Source of the DNA: Clostridiales bacterium
GTDB taxonomy: Bacteria; Bacillota; Clostridia; Oscillospirales; CAG-272
Length of the DNA: 64,000 bases
Direction: 5' to 3'
Assembly (NCBI GenBank): GCA_012840355.1
Contig: DULN01000002.1
Location: 19,037-83,036 of the forward strand
Position numbers and translations under genes: made by a program. The notes under the pieces are model-generated. The model made no database searches. It was given only the letters and a program-made list of their open reading frames with translations, and was not told where the DNA came from. The stretch's first letter is position 1. The number at the start of each line of letters is the position of its first letter. Of the stretch, positions 59,883-64,000 are shown piece by piece.

Positions 59883-59920
59883 AAAACGGGCCGGGAATAG
59901 CTTTCCCGGCCTGAATTTTT
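59882..59920. terminator. bidirectional terminator (SIS gene / ABC exporter)
   Basis: GGCCGGGAA (59889-59897) / TTCCCGGCC (59903-59911) flanked by an A-run and a T-run. Confidence 0.8.
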
Positions 59921-59925
59921 GCAGT

Positions 59926-61662
59926 TTAGCCGATTTTTTCAAACTGGCTGCCGTATAGCTTTGCGTAAAACCCGTCTTTCTCGAGCAGCTCCTCGTGTTT
60001 TCCCCGTTCGATAATTTGTCCGTCGCGCATGACCAAAATCAGGTCGGCGTCGCGGATTGTCGACAGCCGGTGTGCGACAATGATGCTCGTGCGCCCTTTT
60101 GTGAGCTCCGAGATTGCTTTTTGTACTTTCAGCTCGGTGCGAGTGTCGATGTTTGAAGTCGCCTCGTCGAGGATGAGCATCGGGGGATTTGCGAGCATCA
60201 CGCGGGCGATGCACAAAAGTTGCTTTTGGCCGGCGGAAAGCCCGGCGCCATCGTCGCCGACTACTGTGTCGTAGCCGTTAGGCAGCCTCTTTATAAAGCT
60301 TTCGGCAAATGCCGCCTTCGCAGCCGCGCGGATCTCCTCGTCGGTTGCGTCGGGGCGTCCGTATGCTATGTTTTCCCTTATAGTGCCCGGGATTAGCCAT
60401 GTGTCTTGCGGCACCATACCAAACGCCCGCCTCAGCGAGCGGCGCGTGACGCTGCGGATGTCCTCGCCGCTTGCCTTAATCTTGCCCGAGCCGACGTCGT
60501 AAAACCGTAAAAGCAGGTTAATAAGCGTCGTTTTGCCGCAGCCGGTTGGCCCGACTATTGCGACTCGCATGCCGGGCTTAATATCGATGCTTAAACTTTT
60601 TATGAGGGGCGTTTCAGGGTTATAAGAAAAAGAGACATTTTCAAATTGCACCGAGCCGTCGGGAACGAGCGTTTTGGCGTCTTCCGATTCGGGCGGCTCA
60701 TCCTCTGCGTCAAGCAGCTCGAACACCCTTGCCGCGCAGGCGGCCGCGTTTTGCAGCTCGGCAATAACGCCCGAGATTTCATTGAAAGGCTTTGTGTACT
60801 GGCTCGCATAGCTCAAAAAGCAGGACAGCGAGCCGACCGTCATGCCGGGCGTCAGCGCGCCGGCAAGCGTGACGCCGGCATAAACGACGCCGTTTACAAA
60901 CCGCGTAACAGGGTTTGTAAGGCTGGAGAAAAAGGTAGCTTTAACGCTCGCTTCGGAGTACAGTTTGTCAAGCTCGTCAAAGCGAGCGCCTGCCTGGCTT
61001 TCATAAGCGAACGCTTCGACGACGTCGGCGCCCTCTACAAACTCGGTAACGTAGCCGAAAAGCGCGCCGCGCGCGTCGTTTTGCGCACGGAAAAATCTAT
61101 AGCTGCGCCGTGATATAAAGCTTGCCGAAAAAAGGCTGAGCGGCGTTACAAGCGCGACGGTGAGTCCCACCGGCAAATTGGTCGCAAGCATAAAGCCGAG
61201 CGTGCCAAATATCGTCATAATGCCCGAAAAAAACTGGGTAAAAAACAAAAGCAGTCCGTCCGAAAAAGTCTCGATATCCACAGTAATTCGGCTTACAATC
61301 TCGCCCGACTGCCGGGCATCAAGGTATCCCAAAGGCAAAGTCTTTAGCTTTGCGACGGCTTCGCCGCGGAGGTCGCACGCCGCCCTCGCGCATATGCGGA
61401 CGCTTACCGCCTGCGACGCCCAGCCGCAAAGCGCGTTAATGGCTGCCGCGGTGCCGTAAAGGGAAAGCGCAAAAATTACCCCTTCCGGCACTCCGAGCGA
61501 GCCGGCTACCATCGCGTCGATAGCCCGCCCCGCGAGGATCGGCGCGGCAAGCTGGGTTGCAACTCCAGCCGCGGCGAGTATTAAAACGGCAATGATGGAA
61601 TGCCGGTATTTTTTCAGCCTAAAGAGGGCGCGAAACAGTGTTTTTCGGCTCGATTTAGGCAC
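59926..61662 (-). CDS. ABC exporter permease/ATPase fusion, canonical ATP site
   Basis: Six-TM domain plus NBD (GPTGCGKTT, LSAGQKQLLCIAR, LILDEATSNID). I moved the start to GTG ~61662 (SD GGAGG 7 nt upstream, 8-nt overlap with the upstream stop). ORF-track start is 61752. Confidence 0.88.
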   Translation of the reverse strand: MPKSSRKTLFRALFRLKKYRHSIIAVLILAAAGVATQLAAPILAGRAIDAMVAGSLGVPEGVIFALSLYGTAAAINALCGWASQAVSVRICARAACDLRGEAVAKLKTLPLGYLDARQSGEIVSRITVDIETFSDGLLLFFTQFFSGIMTIFGTLGFMLATNLPVGLTVALVTPLSLFSASFISRRSYRFFRAQNDARGALFGYVTEFVEGADVVEAFAYESQAGARFDELDKLYSEASVKATFFSSLTNPVTRFVNGVVYAGVTLAGALTPGMTVGSLSCFLSYASQYTKPFNEISGVIAELQNAAACAARVFELLDAEDEPPESEDAKTLVPDGSVQFENVSFSYNPETPLIKSLSIDIKPGMRVAIVGPTGCGKTTLINLLLRFYDVGSGKIKASGEDIRSVTRRSLRRAFGMVPQDTWLIPGTIRENIAYGRPDATDEEIRAAAKAAFAESFIKRLPNGYDTVVGDDGAGLSAGQKQLLCIARVMLANPPMLILDEATSNIDTRTELKVQKAISELTKGRTSIIVAHRLSTIRDADLILVMRDGQIIERGKHEELLEKDGFYAKLYGSQFEKIG

Positions 61663-63448
61663 CGGCTTCACCTCCACTGTATTGGCTTTCATATATCTCG
61701 CGGTAGACGGGGCAGGTCGAAAGCAGCTCGTCGTGCTTTCCCGCGCCGACAAGCCTGCCGTCGTCGAGCACGAGTATCAAATCCGACGAACGCACCGATG
61801 CGACTCGCTGGCTGACAATAAAAGTTGTGACCTTCCCGCGCAGTTTTGCAAGCTCGCGCCTAAGTGCCGACTCGGTCACAAAATCAAGCGCGCTTGCGCT
61901 GTCGTCGAGGATTAAAATAAACGGCTGCCCCGCCCGGAGCGCAAGGAGTGCCCTCACCATCGCGCGCGCGATCGTTAGCCTTTGGCGCTGCCCGCCAGAA
62001 AAGTTGCGGCCGCCCTGCTCGACAACTCCGTCAAGCCCGCCCGGCAAATCGCGGACAAACCCTGCGGCTTGGGCGCACTCGAGCGCCTTCCAAAGCAACT
62101 CGTCATCGACCTCTTCCGGAGGGCAAATGCCCGACACCCCCCAAAGCAGGTTCGAGCGCACTGTGCCCGAAAATAGCAGCGGCTTTTGCGGGACAATGCC
62201 GGCGAGCGAGCGCAGCTTTTGCCGCGGTATCTCTTTTATCGGTTCGCCGAATAAATAGACATCACCTGACGACGCGTCGAAAAACCGCGGGATAAGGCTG
62301 ACAAGGCTGGTTTTACCGCTGCCGGTGCCGCCGATAATGCCGACGGCATCCCCATGCCGCACGGAGAATGAAATATCCGAAAGGCTCTCGGCGCCGGCGC
62401 CGGGATATTTGAAGCCGACATGCTCGAACCTGACGGCTACTTTTTGACTGTCAAGCAGCCCAGCTGATTCCTCCGCAGGGTACAAAAGCTGCGGTCGAAC
62501 GTCAAACAGCGAGGCGATTCGACCGGCGCTTGCTGCGGCGCGTGTCACCTGCACGATAAGGTTTGCGAACTTTACAAGCTCGATAAAAATTTGCGACATG
62601 TAGTTGACAAGCGCGACGACCTCGCCCGACGTGATGCCGCCAACCGAAAACTCGAGCGCGCCGAAATACAGCACCGCGACGGTCGCCGCGTTAATCACCG
62701 CGCCGGAGAGCGGCGTCGAAAGCGCGGAGATTATGCCCGCATGCGCCTGTGCGTCCTTTAGCTTGTCCGACGCTTCGTAAATCCGTGCGACCTCGTCGTC
62801 TTCTCGGCAAAACGCGCGAATGACTCGCATGCCCGAAAGCGTCGATCGCGTGACTTTGACGACAGAGTCGAGCTTGGCTTGCGTTACCCTATAAAGCGGG
62901 GTAGTGGCCCGCATTATGCCAAAGACGACGGCGGCGAGCACGGGCACAACAAACGCGAAAACAATCGCAAGACGCCGGTTAATCGAAAATGCCATAAAGA
63001 CGCTGCCGAAAACTATAAAAGGGCTCCTCATGAAAAGTCTTAAAAATAGGTTGAGCCCGGCTTGCACCTGGCTTATGTCACCGGTCAAGCGGGTTATAAT
63101 CGTGCTTGAACCGAGCGTCTGGCGCGCCGAGGCGTCAAGCGATCGGATGTGCGCAAATGCCGCGCGCCTCAGCTCGGACGAAACCCCGACGGCTGCTACC
63201 GCGGAAAAATACTGCCCGGCTACGCTCACCGCCAGCCCGGCAAGCCCGAGCAGTACCATAAGCGCGCAGCCACGGATAATGTATAAAGTATCGCCGGTGC
63301 CAAGCCCGGTGTCGATGATTTTTGCGGTCAGGATAGGAATCGCAAGGTCGACAAAGCACTCAAGCAGCTTGAGAAGCGGTGCCAATGCCGCCTTCACGGA
63401 GTATTTTTTTAAGTAACGAAGTAGCTTCATAAAGTTAAATCCTCGCAA
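61655..63448 (-). CDS. ABC exporter permease/ATPase fusion, degenerate ATP site
   Basis: Six-TM domain plus NBD (GGTGSGKTS, FSGGQRQRLTIARA). Walker B is ILILDDSASALD, with Asp replacing the catalytic Glu. Confidence 0.88.
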   Translation of the reverse strand: MRGFNFMKLLRYLKKYSVKAALAPLLKLLECFVDLAIPILTAKIIDTGLGTGDTLYIIRGCALMVLLGLAGLAVSVAGQYFSAVAAVGVSSELRRAAFAHIRSLDASARQTLGSSTIITRLTGDISQVQAGLNLFLRLFMRSPFIVFGSVFMAFSINRRLAIVFAFVVPVLAAVVFGIMRATTPLYRVTQAKLDSVVKVTRSTLSGMRVIRAFCREDDEVARIYEASDKLKDAQAHAGIISALSTPLSGAVINAATVAVLYFGALEFSVGGITSGEVVALVNYMSQIFIELVKFANLIVQVTRAAASAGRIASLFDVRPQLLYPAEESAGLLDSQKVAVRFEHVGFKYPGAGAESLSDISFSVRHGDAVGIIGGTGSGKTSLVSLIPRFFDASSGDVYLFGEPIKEIPRQKLRSLAGIVPQKPLLFSGTVRSNLLWGVSGICPPEEVDDELLWKALECAQAAGFVRDLPGGLDGVVEQGGRNFSGGQRQRLTIARAMVRALLALRAGQPFILILDDSASALDFVTESALRRELAKLRGKVTTFIVSQRVASVRSSDLILVLDDGRLVGAGKHDELLSTCPVYREIYESQYSGGEAGA

Positions 63449-63553
63449 CTAGCTACACATTATACCAAATCTGTGGCGGCGTGGTCAACAGGTAGTGCAT
63501 GCCCGCCCGCAAAATCAAAAACGCCGCCGTCTTGGGGTATGTATGCGGCAGCG

Positions 63554-63982
63554 TTATATTCTTATATCGAATCGGCTGTTGCAGCGAGGGCAGCGGACGG
63601 AATGGCGTCCTTTGGATTTTGGAAGCCTTAACATCGCCTTGCAGGTGGGGCATCTTTTATAAACATGCGTTTTCCTGTCGCGCAGCATGCTGCGCCTGAG
63701 CTTAAAAAAGGTTTTTGTTTTATCCCAAAAGCGCAAAAATGCCGCGTTTTCGGCACGCCTTTTTGCATGATTTTTAGAAAAGAATCTGAAAATCTCCCAT
63801 AATAGCAGCGCGTTTTGAATTATATACAAAACCGGCGACGAAGCGAAGATATTTATAGCGGCAAGCGCGACCGCGGCGATGAAAATCGCTTTTCCGAACG
63901 TGTCAAGCCCGTATCTTCCGGCGAGCAGCGAGACGACCCAATAGCCGAATTTGGAAAGATATAACCTTATTTTTTCAATCAT
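63554..63982 (-). CDS. membrane protein with C-terminal zinc ribbon
   Basis: 142 aa with three TM helices, a basic linker, then CPTCKAMLRLP...VRCPRCNSRFDI. Confidence 0.6.
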   Translation of the reverse strand: MIEKIRLYLSKFGYWVVSLLAGRYGLDTFGKAIFIAAVALAAINIFASSPVLYIIQNALLLWEIFRFFSKNHAKRRAENAAFLRFWDKTKTFFKLRRSMLRDRKTHVYKRCPTCKAMLRLPKSKGRHSVRCPRCNSRFDIRI

Positions 63983-64000
63983 AATACGGCAAATTCATCC

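Noticed and set aside
61655-61752. 98-nt overlap between the two ABC exporter genes
   Set aside because: It is resolved by a GTG start near 61662 with a GGAGG SD. The longer N-terminus (MSARESTTSCFRPAPSTARY) is likely not translated.

Overview
This 64-kb window is from a high-GC, spore-forming, anaerobic Firmicute. I infer a Clostridia/Oscillospiraceae-like lineage from gene content only (dpaAB, FprA flavodiiron protein, fhs, V-type ATPase). The window is almost entirely core housekeeping and densely packed. From left to right it holds: the tex 5' part, a membrane-anchored amidase and proA; a minus-strand phosphate-type operon (response regulator, histidine kinase, HD protein, Na/Pi-PhoU transporter); a cytoplasmic sulfatase, an orphan membrane protein and rpiB; a complete S10-spc-alpha ribosomal cluster (rpsJ to rplQ, 13255-29205, including secY, adk, map, infA, rpmJ, rpoA); GH92 mannosidase and glpK; an L10 leader with rplJ-rplL; FprA, cls and dpaAB; a DUF4358 lipoprotein with an SGNH hydrolase; an AlkD-like protein; maf, hemW, tsaB, tsaE and fhs; a NYN protein; a nine-gene V-type ATPase operon; a GHL6-like hydrolase with a SIS protein; and a heterodimeric ABC exporter. 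I found no tRNA, rRNA, CRISPR array, transposase, integrase, phage gene or recognisable defence gene. The one region the gene models do not explain is the 740-bp gap between rpiB and rpsJ. It contains a near-consensus promoter followed by a roughly 350-nt GC-rich, multi-helix RNA domain closed by long-range helices. That domain shows partial RNase-P-type-A-like topology but lacks the universal RNase P core. A second unusual structured spacer of 225 nt splits rpsJ from rplC. The other findings are lower-interest protein-architecture and start-codon oddities. Hand-derived coordinates may be off by 1-2 nt. CDS coordinates follow the supplied ORF track, with some starts trimmed.
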